Assembly (NCBI RefSeq): GCF_001194135.2
Contig: NC_068994.1
Location: forward strand, 12,226,615-12,290,614
Direction: 5' to 3'
From: Octopus bimaculoides
Taxonomy: Eukaryota
DNA length: 64,000 bases
The first letter of the stretch is position 1, and every line of letters begins with the position of its first letter. Positions 36,021 through 49,127 of this stretch are shown piece after piece. The position numbers and the translations under genes were made by a program. Under the pieces are notes generated by a model. The model had not been told where the DNA came from and did not search any database. It saw only the letters and a list, made by a program, of their open reading frames with translations.

Positions 36021-38538
36021 ATGGTGAAGGATATCAAAAATAATATGTTTATTTTCCAACTTTTATTGCTTGGGTTTGTTCTTGTATCTGAAGTTGTTGC
36101 GGACAATTCTTCACTCGACATTCATTCCTTTTCTGTCATAAGTGACGTCAAGTTTCGCTATGCAACCACAAGACTGGAAACTGTATTCAAGAACACACGT
36201 AAATCTGCAGCGTTGGCCATATTTCACGTCAACATTCCAGAAAATGCATTTGTTTCAAATTTTACCATGGCGGTTAATGGTTCTGTATTCGTGGGAGAAG
36301 TTCTAGAGAAAAAGGAAGCCAGGGAAATTTACAACAAAGCTGCGCAAAGAGGTGAGACAGCAGCTTACGTCGGCACTGAACATAGGTACTCAAACACATT
36401 CCATGTGATGGTCAGTGTAGAGGCACAGCAAACAGCTGTGTTCACACTCACATACCAAGAGCTATTACAAAGGTCATTCGGGAAATACAGACATGTTATT
36501 CATTTAACCAACGAACAAATCATTGAGAACTTTAAAATAGAAGTCTTTATATCAGATCTTCAAGGCATTGAACTTAAGCAAGTGAGTCTTGAGAAAAATG
36601 ATATTGAAACAAGTAGGGAGACGAAACAAGTAGGGAGCGTAGACTACATAAGCAATAAACAACTTTATATAAACTATGAACCCAGTGTGTCTGACCAGAA
36701 GGCCTTCTCTTCTCAGGGAATCACAGGACTGTTTGAAGTAAACTATGATGTTGACTGGAAAGTATCTTCAAACATGGTTTATGCTATCGATGGATACTTT
36801 GTACATTTTTATGCTCCTGATTCTTTCCCCTCACTTCAGAAGAAGATAGTTTTCATATTAGATGTGAGTGGTTCAATGAATGGCCATAAAATAAAACAAA
36901 TGAAAAATGCAATGAAAGGTATCCTTCATTCTTTGAAACAAGCTCTGGACACATTCATGATTGGAATATTTAGTGAAAGCACCAAATGGATGACTGATGG
37001 TTTTTTGCCAGCAAGTAAGGAGAATATTGATGTTGCTTTAAACTATATTGATAAATTAGCAGCAGATGGAGGAACAAACATTAATGAAGCTCTTCTTACT
37101 AGCCTGAATAAATTTGATAATCAGAAGTCCAGTGAGACTAAAAATTTAGTCTTTTTCCTGACTGATGGCCAACCAACTAATGGTGTCAGCAACTTGAATA
37201 GTATTATGAAAAATGTGAAAGAAGCCAATAGTGACACTTCTACTTCTATTTTCACATTGGGCTTTGGTGAAGGTAGTGACATGGATTTCTTGAAACAACT
37301 TGCTGGTGAAAATGGTGGATTTAGTCGTAAGATTTATGTAGCAGCTGACAGTCGAATGCAAATCTTAAACTTATATTCAGAAATTTCTCGCATCCTTTTG
37401 AAAAACATTGATATAGTTTACCTAGATGATGCTATCAATCGTACAACCTTAACAAAAAATTCATTTAGCTATTACTTCAAAGGATCAGAGATAGTTATTG
37501 CTGGTACCACATCAGAACAATTGAAAGAAGACATAAGCATTTTGCTCACAATGGACACTTCTTCTGGTTTGAAATCTGAAAAAGTAAAGCTGCCTGTTGA
37601 AAATCTTGATGATGAATTTCCATTAGGTCTTGAATCCATTCCACAGAATCCCAGACTGACTACACTTCAGTCTCTTCATACTATAACTCGCAACACATGG
37701 GTCCAGCTCACTTTAAAGAGGCTATTAAATTTAGAAAGAACTCCAGAAGTTCAAAAACGGATAATCACAATAGCACTCAAATATGGCTTTGTTACGCCTC
37801 TGACTTCAATGGTGGTTGTACAAAACAGGGAAATGAAAATGGTTAGGGAAGCTTACCATCGACGTACTTATGCTCTTAAGGCAAGTCATGCACTTGCATG
37901 TGGAAATACCTGCTGCTTTTCCTTTTACCTACTGTTGGTTATCGGTTGCCTCCAAATGGTAAGAATTACTTATTATTATTATACTCTTTACTCTTACTCT
38001 CTCTTTTACTTGTTTCAGTCATTTGACTGCGGCCATGCTGGAGCACCGCCTTTAGTCGAGCAAATCGACCCCAGGACTTATTCTTTGGAAGCCTTGTATT
38101 TATTCTATCGGTCTCTTTTGCCGAACCACTAAGTTACAGGGACGTAAACACACCAGCATCGGTTATCAAGCGATGGTGGGGGGACAAACACAGACACACA
38201 AACACACATATATATATATATACATACATATACGATGGGCTTCTTTCAGTTTCCATCTACCAAATCCACTCACAAGGCTTTGGTTGACCCGAGGCTATAG
38301 TAGAAGACACTTGTCCAAGGTGCCACACAGTGGGACTGAACCCGGAACCATGTGATTGGTAAACAAGCTACTTACCACACAGCCACTCCTGCGCCTATAT
38401 TATCATTATTTATTGTTCAACATTAAAGTAGTTACTGAATATCTCTCTTTGAGAGATTTCTGCGAAAAGAAACAGTAACATTCTTAGTTTTTTTTTTTCT
38501 TTCTTTCTCTTTCTTTTCAGTATTTTCATAATTGGTAG
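36021..38538 (+). CDS. Inter-alpha-trypsin inhibitor heavy chain-like protein (signal peptide, VIT, vWA/MIDAS), C-terminally short with a hydrophobic tail; exons 36021-37958 and 38521-38538, about 651 aa (643 aa if the ATG at 36045 is used)
   Basis: Signal peptide MFIFQLLLLGFVLVSEVVA; VIT-type IPENAFVSNFTM and FTLTYQELL; vWA FILDVSGSM, DGGTNI and FLTDGQP; ITIH-type YGFVTPLTSMVV. Acceptor at 35996, gtaaga donor at 37959, strong pyrimidine-tract acceptor at 38520 followed by YFHNW*. The specific ITIH orthologue cannot be assigned. Confidence 0.9.
37982..38396 (-). mobile_element. SINE family A inside the last intron of the ITIH-like gene
   Basis: Full-length copy; explains the spurious C-terminus of the 709-aa ORF. 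Confidence 0.87.
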
Positions 38539-40545
38539 AAAATCTTGTCTGCACTTGACATCAAGGAAATTCTGTTGAAGAGAATTCATGAAGAAAATTC
38601 TGATATTTGCTTCAATGACACTCATAAAGTTTTGAAACAAGCTCCAACAGCAACATTTGGTAACAACTGTATCACCACAAATGATTTTAAGGAAGCTAAA
38701 TAGTGGACACTATACAATATGAGAAAAATCTAGTAAGAATACAAAATAGAGGTAGATATCTGAATTATATGATAAAGATATTGCATATGTGTGTGTGTGT
38801 CATTTTAACAGAATATGATGGATATGCATAATGATGAATGGAATGCTATTAAGTTTTTTTTTTTAAATGTTAGAGGATATAATGTCAAAGGTAGCCTATA
38901 GAAAGAGGAGGGGAAAAGGAAAGAAAAATATCAGAAACCAAATAAATGAGGAAGGGAGGTAATCCTTATTTAAACCCCTTTTTTCATTCTAAAGGTAAAT
39001 CAATATCTTTTAAAGATAGTTACACTAAAAATAAGGCAACTAATAGTAAAACTATTTGGTTGATTATTCCTTATGGGAGGCAAATTAAATCTAATCTTCC
39101 TTTTCAGTTTTGGGAAGCTATTATTAGGAATTTTCCAAATTCTTTTTTCTAAAAATCCCCTTGTAAACACGCTTAAAGAGCATGCTTACTGATGTAAATA
39201 TTGGCAGAAACACACCTTTAGTTCATATAAGTGATATCTACCATTATATATAATTTAAACTTTGATTTTCTTCTTACATTTCACTTCCACTAGATATATC
39301 TTGTTCTAAGACTTTAGGGTTTAATTTAATTTACATATCGTTCTATACTTCTCATTTATTTGGTTTCTGATTTTTTCTTTCTTTTACCCCTCCTACTTTT
39401 GACGTTATATCCTCTAATGTTTTTTAAAAAAAAATCTTAATAATGTTCCATTCATCATGATACATATCCATCATATTCTGTTAAAATGTGTTATTGATGA
39501 GTTTTATTTCTTCATTTCCCTGAAGAGAGGATTACATTGTTTTACACCATTTTATTCCTTTGGAATAATACCAATGATATCTTTGAAACATGTGTCGGAA
39601 GTAAAAGAATTTATTTATATATATATGTTTTGCATATTTTAATTCTACATAGAAAGTTTAATATTTGTGGTCACAAATAAACGCCATTTTGTCACATGAT
39701 ACACATTGTATAAATTCTATGCCTCATGGGTAATACTACAGTCAACAAAGAATCTTCGATAAGATAAGTGATGTTGTTCTTTTTATTAATACTGTTGACC
39801 ATCCGAATTCATTTAATAGTTAATAACACTATCTTTTTATGTTTTCCTATTCTTAATCTCCAGAAAGTATTTCTTCATTATACGATATATGCCTTTAACT
39901 TGACAGATGATCATTATTATAAAACCTTGACACTTTATATATTGTACTAATAATTGCTTAAACGTACAGATATTTCTACTTTTTCCTATTTTATTTTATT
40001 GCATTTCTATATATTAGGATACGTTTTTTTGAAATTATAAGACCTGAAGTGTGCCCTCATTCTGAGTGGAACTTATCTTTATCGATTTATTGTAAATTGC
40101 CCAGATCTTTTCCACTTTTATGTGGCCATGAAACACGCGTAGTCTATTATTCACTTTCGTTTTTATAAATTTAATAAACTGAATTAAATTTTTAATCTAA
40201 TATTTTATAGATTTTATGGATTATAAATTTTCTTTTGGATTTTTGAGTTTTATAAATTAGTATTTTGAAGAGTACGCTTTTCTTGGTGGTGTCTGTTCTC
40301 CTTCATTGTTTGAGTTGCATCTTGGTGGTTCTTCTCTATATTATCAATATATTTTTCATTATATAATTCAATTTGATATTATTAAATTGAATATCCTTGT
40401 AAGTTCAGATTTTGACATTCCCTAACATTATAATATAGATAGATAGATAGATAGATACACCCGTGTGTATGTATGTATGTATGTATATATATACAGTAGT
40501 ACCCCGGTTTTCGTACAACTCTGATAACAAATAAATCGTGCTTTG

Positions 40546-40602
<57 letters not shown>

Positions 40603-41364
40603 NNNNNNNNNNNNNNNNNNNNNNNNNNNNNNNNNNNNNNNNNNNNNNNNNNNNNNNNNNNNNNNNNNNNNNNNNNNNNNNNNNNNNNNNNNNNNNNNNN
40701 NNNNNNNNNNNNNNNNNNNNNNNNNNNNNNNNNNNNNNNNNNNNNNNNNNNNNNNNNNNNNNNNNNNNNNNNNNNNNNNNNNNNNNNNNNNNNNNNNNNN
40801 NNNNNNNNNNNNNNNNNNNNNNNNNNNNNNNNNNNNNNNNNNNNNNNNNNNNNNNNNNNNNNNNNNNNNNNNNNNNNNNNNNNNNNNNNNNNNNNNNNNN
40901 NNNNNNNNNNNNNNNNNNNNNNNNNNNNNNNNNNNNNNNNNNNNNNNNNNNNNNNNNNNNNNNNNNNNNNNNNNNNNNNNNNNNNNNNNNNNNNNNNNNN
41001 NNNNNNNNNNNNNNNNNNNNNNNNNNNNNNNNNNNNNNNNNNNNNNNNNNNNNNNNNNNNNNNNNNNNNNNNNNNNNNNNNNNNNNNNNNNNNNNNNNNN
41101 NNNNNNNNNNNNNNNNNNNNNNNNNNNNNNNNNNNNNNNNNNNNNNNNNNNNNNNNNNNNNNNNNNNNNNNNNNNNNNNNNNNNNNNNNNNNNNNNNNNN
41201 NNNNNNNNNNNNNNNNNNATATATAATTATTACAAATTAAAAGGGTAAAGGATTATCAATTTATTAATTAATAAATCAATTAACAATTAACAATTTTTAC
41301 CAAGCCCATCGGTATGAAAGCACCATTATTGGTGGAGAACTTATTTAAAAGCTCATATATATTT

Positions 41365-41760
41365 ATAAATATAATTAAGGGATCAGCAAATATTTGCTTC
41401 ACCATATACTGAAGTTCAGAAATAGCAGCTAAAAAAGCTGGGAATCCCACAGATAGCATCACTTGTAACTCACAAAGGCAAAAACAAGAAGAAAAAACAA
41501 TGAAAACTAACCAATTCCGATGTTTAACAGTAAACACGTTTCTAGATCATGAAGGAAATTGATTATTATCAATCATGATCTAGAAACGCGTTTACTGTTA
41601 AACATCGGAATTGGTTAGTTTTCATTGTTTTTTCTTCTTGTTTTTGCCTTTGTGAGTTACAAGTGATGCTATCTGTGGGATTCTCAGCTTTTTTAGCTGC
41701 TATTTCTGAACTTCGGTATATGGTGAAGCAAATATTTGCTGATCCCTTAATTATATTTAT
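41365..41760. repeat. Near-perfect inverted repeat with 188-bp arms
   Basis: 41365-41552 is the reverse complement of 41573-41760, with 3 substitutions. Confidence 0.95.
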
Positions 41761-43740
41761 ATATATATATATATATATAAGAGGAAAGACTACTTGGTGG
41801 ATTCCTAATATGCTGAGAATAGATGCCAAATCATCTTTTTTCTGGCTTGGCATGCTAGTATGAAGACATTTGAATCGATATTATGATGCATAATAGTAGG
41901 ACTCTATATGCACTTATCCTATCACAGAGGTGATTGGTATCTGGTTCCATTGTTTTGTGTCTGTGGCAATTTCACTGAGGAGCCACAGATGATTTTTTAA
42001 TCATTCATGGTAAAACCTTAAGGCATGCAATTAACTGCTATATTTGTTTCCTTTCATTTGTCTTGCTCGCAAATATCTCGTGTCATGCTAATTTGAGAAC
42101 TTATTCTTTTGTGGTAGAACGATTTGGCATCTATTTTTCAGCATATTAGGAATTCGCCTAGTGGTTTTTGTTCTTATTTATATATTTAAATATAATTTGT
42201 AGTCCTTGGACACTTTTTACCATATGCTGGCTACTGGTTTAAATTAATATTATCTAATAATATAAATTTCTACCCTCATTATTTAATTTTATATATATAT
42301 ATATATATNNNNNNNNNNNNNNNNNNNNNNNNNNNNNNNNNNNNNNNNNNNNNNNNNNNNNNNNNNNNNNNNNNNNNNNNNNNNNNNNNNNNNNNNNNNN
42401 NNNNNNNNNNNNNNNNNNNNNNNNNNNNNNNNNNNNNNNNNNNNNNNNNNNNNNNNNNNNNNNNNNNGGCACATAAAAGACACCATTTCGAGCGTGGCCG
42501 TTTTCGTGCGGGTGACACGTAAAAGCACCGACTACACTCTCTGAGTGGTTGGCATTAGGAAGGGCATCCAGCTGTAGAAACTCTGCCAAATTAGATTGGA
42601 GCCTGGTGTTGCCATCCGGTTTCACCAGTCCTCAGTCAAATCGTCCAACCCATGCTAGCATGGAAAGCGGACGTTAAACGACGATGATGATGATGATGAT
42701 GATATTTCATTCCTAGCACGTGATAGTTATGCATTATTGTATAAGATACTGACTGGCTATATGATTGAGATATTAAGTATGATATGAAAGAAGACATCTA
42801 TATATACGGCAGACATATGCCAAATGATATAAAATAATACATACATCTACCTATGCAATATGTACAGTAATATATCTGAGATTGTTACTTATATACATCT
42901 ACCAAGACAACAGAGTTCATTTATCTCCTATATTTTATTAAAATTGCTTTGAGGAGAAAATATTGCATTTAAAATCTGCTTGGTGTGATAGAGGTTCTGT
43001 TAACTTAAAATAACCATCTATTGTATATACACATGTTGTTAGGCCAGATACTGCAGCATTTGTCCTGAGATAACGTCTTTTGTTGACTTGCTGTGTAACG
43101 AACACAATAGATATTATGGCAAGAGGCAACAGACTGTCATCCAAGCAAAACACACCTTTGGAAAGAACCCCAAAACAGCTGAAATACACCTGGCGCTGTT
43201 GCTGGCCACTGCTGGCATGAATTTTTGTCCTTCTCTGATATTTATTGTGTTTTTAATACAGAAAGTTCATGATAGATGTTATCTGAGAACAAACGCTGCA
43301 GTAACTAATCTATTAACTGTGTGTGTGTGTGTTCTTTAAGTTTGATCTGTAGATGGTTAATTTCCTGCATTCAAAATATTTCTGAAATTATGAATTAGAG
43401 AATGGAATGAAGAAAATGTGGAGTGATGATTTTTTGAATTTTAAAATTTCTATTTTTGCCTATTTTTCTTTCTTTCTTTTTTTTTTTTTTTTGCATGTGT
43501 ATGAAATTTACTCTTTATTTTTTGTGCTGTTATTATTTTTTTATTCTTAATATATTCCTTCGCTGTTGTTGCCTTCAATCTTCAAAGACACAAATGCAAT
43601 CACATGTGCACACACACACACACACACACACAGATATACATACATGTATACACACATGCGTGCACACACACACATATATATGTACACATACAGACACACG
43701 CATAGATATACATGTTTACATACAGACACACACATAGATT

Positions 43741-43970
43741 AAGGCAGCGAGCTGGCAGAAACGTTAGCACGCCGGGCGAAATGCTTAGCGGTATTTCGTC
43801 TGCCACTACATTCTGAGTTCAAATTCCACCGAGGTCGACTTTGCCTTTCATCCTTTCGGGGTCGATTAAATAAGTACCAGTTACGCACTGGGGTCGATAT
43901 AATCGACTTAATCCGTTTGTCTGACCTTGTTTGTCCCCTCTGTGTGTAGCCCCTTGTGGGTAGTAAAGAA
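43741..43970 (+). mobile_element. tRNA-derived SINE, family B (central domain resembling Deu/Nin)
   Basis: ggcagcgagctggcagaa...gagttcaaattcc...gcctttcatcctttcggggtcgat; further copies near 5715, 14775, 15790, 16808, 23525, 46170, 47950 and 61400(-). The domain name is from memory and unverified. Confidence 0.8.
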
Positions 43971-44610
43971 GTAACACATAGATAAACATGTATATACACA
44001 GACACATACATGTACACATGCAGATGCATACATGGCTTCGTTTAGTTTCTGTTTGCCAAGAATATGGTCAGCCCATGGCTATAGTAGAAGACACTTGCCC
44101 AAGGTGGCATGCAGTGGGACTGACCCTAATCTCAGCAAACGAAATACAAAAACTGGTGGAATTCTGGTTTAAGGTACCCTATATATTACTCCTTGTAATA
44201 TATTTGTGCAAATTTGTGTTCTATGCAAAGGAATTCATGTGATTATAGAAAAAAATCCATTTTTACAAAAGAATTTTTAACCTCCACCCCAACCCCCATA
44301 AACCTAAAATTTTCACTCTTTTTGTAATTTCTTTTTTTTTTAAATCAGAGTTTAGAATACAGACAGTCCGTATTTTTTTATTTATTAAATCCCAGAATTG
44401 GACTATTGAATGTGTTTATAGGGAGAAAAATAGGGAGAAACAAGGAACGTATCAGGTGGTGATGAAATGTGTTAAAAATAACAGCTAAATTGCCCATAAA
44501 TAGAACAGAAAAATCTTTTGTTTTTGTTTTTGTGTAATCTTATAAATTCACATGGGTAGAACACAAATTTGCAAAACTTTTGTGAAAATTTGAGGGGTTA
44601 TATGGGGTAC

Positions 44611-44838
44611 TTAACCCCTTAGCATTTAAACCAACCAAATTCAGCCCAAATATTCTTTCTGTTCTACATTTAAACTGGTCAGATCCAGAATTTCAAATCT
44701 ACACTCCAATGTTATTCTAGAAAGAAACAATCACATCATCGAAATCTCAAAGCTACAAGACAGTGCATGATTAATTCGAAACAATGTGAATAAATAAGTA
44801 TTACATTTAACAGAGGAATGTGAATGCTAAAGGGTTAA
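44611..44838. mobile_element. piggyBac-like MITE copy
   Basis: TTAA-CCCCTTAGCATT ... AATGCTAAAGGG-TTAA with the same internal sequence. Confidence 0.72.
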
Positions 44839-45978
44839 ACGAGAATTCCATTCAAAAATGAAGTATCTTAGTTCTATTTTAACACATAAATTTATAGATT
44901 TTCATAACATTGTTTCATAATCTTATAAAATTTCATTATATCTTCAATTGTTTTGATTGTTAAGGTTCTTAAAGGTATAACATTCAAACACATACTGTAA
45001 CAATATTTTAGCTCACATGGCTGGTAATGCAGCCGAACGTGTTTCAAACTGCATATTCAGAAACTTATGAATGAATGTTGCAACTTGCTTCTCATTATTT
45101 TTTAAACTTGATACTGCCGTACACCTCTGTAATTCAGTGTGTCCCAGAATTAGCTATCTATTTCAGTGAAATTGGGCAATTCTTTTAAAAGCTCACTTTA
45201 TAATTTTTTTTTTTTATATAATATTATTATATTATATGAGTTTTTAAAAAAATTACCCGATTTCATTGAAATATATTGATAATTCTCGGACACTCTGTAT
45301 AAATCAAAATTAAATATTTTTATATTTAGTATTTGTTACATTGATATATTTTTTTGTTTATGATATATTTTCTACTTGTATTTTTGTTGAAAGCTGATTT
45401 TAAGATATTACACTAACTATTTTTCTATTTTTGGAGTTAATTTTCTGTTCAAAAATTTTTTACTTTTCGTAAAAGGCATTAATTAGTTAGACCTTTTATC
45501 TCTTACTTGTTTCAGTCATTGGACTGCAGCCATACTGGAGCACAGCCTTGAAGGGTTTAGTTGAATAAATTGACCCCAATGCTTATTTTTAAAGATTTTT
45601 TAAAGTTCAATACTTATTCTATCAGTCTCTTTTGCTGAACTGCTACATTACAGAGATATAAACAAACTAGCACTGGTTGTCAAGTTGTGGAGGTGACAAA
45701 CACAAAGATGCACACATGTGCATACACACACACACACACACACACATGCATACACACACACACAAATGACAGGCTACTTTCAGTTTCCATTTACCATATC
45801 CCCTCACAAGGTTTTGGTTAGCCTGGGGGTTTAAGACACTTCCCCTTGGGTTCTGTGCTATGGAACTGAACTAAAGAACTCACATGGTTGGGAAGCAAAC
45901 TTCTTAATCACACAACCACATCCATGTGCAGAAATGTATACGTACAGATTATGAGAATGAGTGAGAGTATGAGAGAGA

Positions 45979-46021
<43 letters not shown>

Positions 46022-46123
46022 AGAGAGAGGCATTACACATACAAACACGACTAGATGTTCACACACATGTGATTGATTATCCCCCTCCCCCAATTCTAGG
46101 CCTTGTGCCTATAGTAAAAAGGA

Positions 46124-46172
<49 letters not shown>

Positions 46173-46380
46173 GGCAGCGAGCTGGCAGAATTGTTAGCAT
46201 GCTGGGCAAAATTCTTAGCAGTATTTTGCTCATTGCTATGTTCTGAGTTTATATTCTGCCAAGGTCAACTTTGCCTTTCATCCTGTTGGGTTCAATTAAA
46301 TAAGTACCTGTTACACACTGGGATCAGTATAATTGACTTAATCCCCTCCGTCAAGCTACCCTTGTGGCAAAAATTCGAAA

Positions 46381-46415
<35 letters not shown>

Positions 46416-46439
46416 GTATCATCCTGTTTATGTCTTAGC

Positions 46440-46775
46440 TGGGTGGAGGTGCTTGTCTCCCCCTTGTAAACATAAGAACACAGGAAATGTGTCAAGGCCG
46501 ACAGGAAGCAGTGCAGCTTCCTAGGTCTAACCAACAGTAGTATTATTCCCTTCAGGGGACTGCCACATTAAGTTGACAGTATACAACTACTTCATGAAAC
46601 AGCATTAAATGACATGCAACAACATCTGGACAATATACCAGTCATCTGGATGCAGACTTGGGTGGAGGTGCTTGTCTCCCCCTTGTAAACATAAGAACAC
46701 AGGAAATGTGTCAACAGTAGTATTATTCCCTTCAGGGGACTGTCACATTAAGTTGACAGCATACAACTACTTCAT
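46440..46775 (-). mobile_element. Tandem direct duplication of a Penelope-like (GIY-YIG) fragment
   Basis: Copies 46440-46595 and 46659-46775; minus-strand VVYCQLNVAVP and HFLCSYVYKGETSTSTQL resemble a decayed GIY-YIG domain. Confidence 0.5.
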
Positions 46776-46869
46776 CGTATCACTACTGCATAAATCTCTC
46801 TGAGAGATTTAGAAATGTATTATTTCTAAATGCTGTTTTATGTAAGCCCTCGTGGCCAAAAAAGAATGA

Positions 46870-46918
<49 letters not shown>

Positions 46919-47123
46919 TGCATTTTGGGGCTGATGGAATAAGTACTAGTCAAGTACTAGGGTCGATGTGATCGACTATCCTGCTCTTCCAATTCCAGGC
47001 CTTGTGCCTATAGAAGAAAGGATTATTGTTATTCAACTGGCAAGTTGGTAGAATTGTTAACATGCCGGATGAAATGAGTTCAAATTCCACTGAGATTTAT
47101 TTTGCCTTTTATTGTTTCAGGGT

Positions 47124-47334
47124 TACTCTTTTGCTCTTTTACTTGTTTCAGTCATTTGACTGCCCATGCTGGAGCATAGCCTTTAGTCGAGCAAATCGAC
47201 CCCAGGACTTATTCTTTGTAAGCCTAGTACTTATTCTATCTGTCTCTTTTGCCGAACCGCTAAGTTACGGGGGACGTAAACACACCAGCATCAGTTGTCA
47301 AGCGATGTTGGGGGGGACAAACACAGACACACAA

Positions 47335-47400
<66 letters not shown>

Positions 47401-47557
47401 GACGGGCTTCTTTCAGGTTCCGTCTACCAAATCCACTCACAAGGCTTTGGTCGGCCCGAGGCTATAGTAGAAGACACTTGAGCAAGGTGCCACGCAGTGG
47501 GACTGAATCTGGAACCATGTGGTTCGTAAGCAAGCTACTTACCACACAGTCGCTCCT
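47124..47557 (-). mobile_element. SINE family A
   Basis: Same body with an expanded (CA)n. Confidence 0.82.
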
Positions 47558-49127
47558 AGATGAAATAAGTACCAGTTGAACACTGGGGTCAGTGTAGATG
47601 ACTAGCCTCCACTCCAAAATGTTCAGGCTTGGTGCCTTTAGTAGAAAGAATTATTGCTGTTGTTACTCTTGGCATTGTTGTTATATTTTATTGCGCGGAA
47701 TGTACATAAAATACAGGTTTTTACCCTTTTTTTTTCTTCAATATTAATTGCCGAGCCTTACTAAAAGTCCTTGGTATGAAAATAGTTTTCTAAGCATATG
47801 AGCTGTTCCAAGGAGGGCAGATTTTTGGAGCATTTGCATGTTTGTCCTGATATCCAACCATTCAAACACTGGGGTCGATGTAATTGACTCATTACCCCAT
47901 CCCCCCAAATTTTCTGCCCTTGTGGTAAAATTTGAAGCCATAATTAAAGGCAACGAGCTGGCAGAATCGTTAGTGCACTGGATGAAACGCTTAGTGGTAT
48001 TTCGCCTGTTGCTACATTCTGAGTTCAAATTCCACCGAGGCTGACTTTGCTTTTCATCCTTTCGAGGTCAATAAAATAAGTATCAGTTAAACACTGGGGT
48101 CAATGTAATCAACACATTCCCACCTCCCCCAAGCTGCCCTTATGGCAAAAATTTGAAATAATTATTATCATCTTCATTATTATTAATTCATTATAACTAT
48201 TATTACTATTACTACTGTAATAAGAGAAAAATTTGATGTATGAAATTGAACTACAGAATACTACGTTCCATTCTCTTGTTAGAACAAATACATGTTCAAT
48301 TTTTATATTCTTGAAGAAATAAAGTCGCATACAAGTGAACATAATGTTTTATATTCTATAATTTTTTAACCTTCATTCATTTGGATGAAATTTATTGCTT
48401 GTTGATATGAAAAAAAATTATGAATTTTATTAAAAAATATTTTCGATATATTATTATAAAATAAAAATTTTTGTGTCATTTTCCTTCCTTCTTGCTCCAC
48501 AGTCCTTATTTTTTTTTCCACTTGTCATTACTAACAAATCTATTTTTGCTTTTGTAAATTACCCTATATATATATGTGTGTGTGTGTGTATATATAATGT
48601 GGTAATCTGCTGTATGCGTAATAATAAACATTATTGATAAATAAATCTATGTTGAAATTTCAGCATTTCAAATAAAGCATTTAATAAAATTTCAACAATA
48701 TTTCTTCCGATTATGAATTTGTTTTCCGAGATTCCTGGTGTGAAATCACGTCCTAAAACAAACAGTTATATTTTGAGATGGTAATTTCTTTTGCCTTGCT
48801 AAATTCTCTCTCGCACACATACACACACACAAAGTCATAGATAGATGGATAGATATGTGTATATAGAGATAGATTGCGAGAGAGTCAGACAAGCAGAGAG
48901 ACAAATTATGTGGCTATATATTTTATTTATGTTGTCAATTATTCATTCCAGGAAATGTCATTTATCTTCCAGGTTAAATTCAAAGTTTTATTCAGGGTAG
49001 AAAAAGGACTGTCTCGATTGGAGGTTCTCAACCATTTTTCACCTATGGACCTCTTTGATTCCTATTTTATTCGAGTGGGCCCTCACAGCCATTCGATGTT
49101 TAAAAAAATCTTAACTCTTCTCCCTAG

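Noticed and set aside
36003-38132. 709-aa ORF taken as the full protein
   Set aside because: It starts at a GTG upstream of the first ATG (36021) and reads through the donor at 37959 into an intronic SINE; the tail LFQSFDCGHAGAPP... is SINE sequence.
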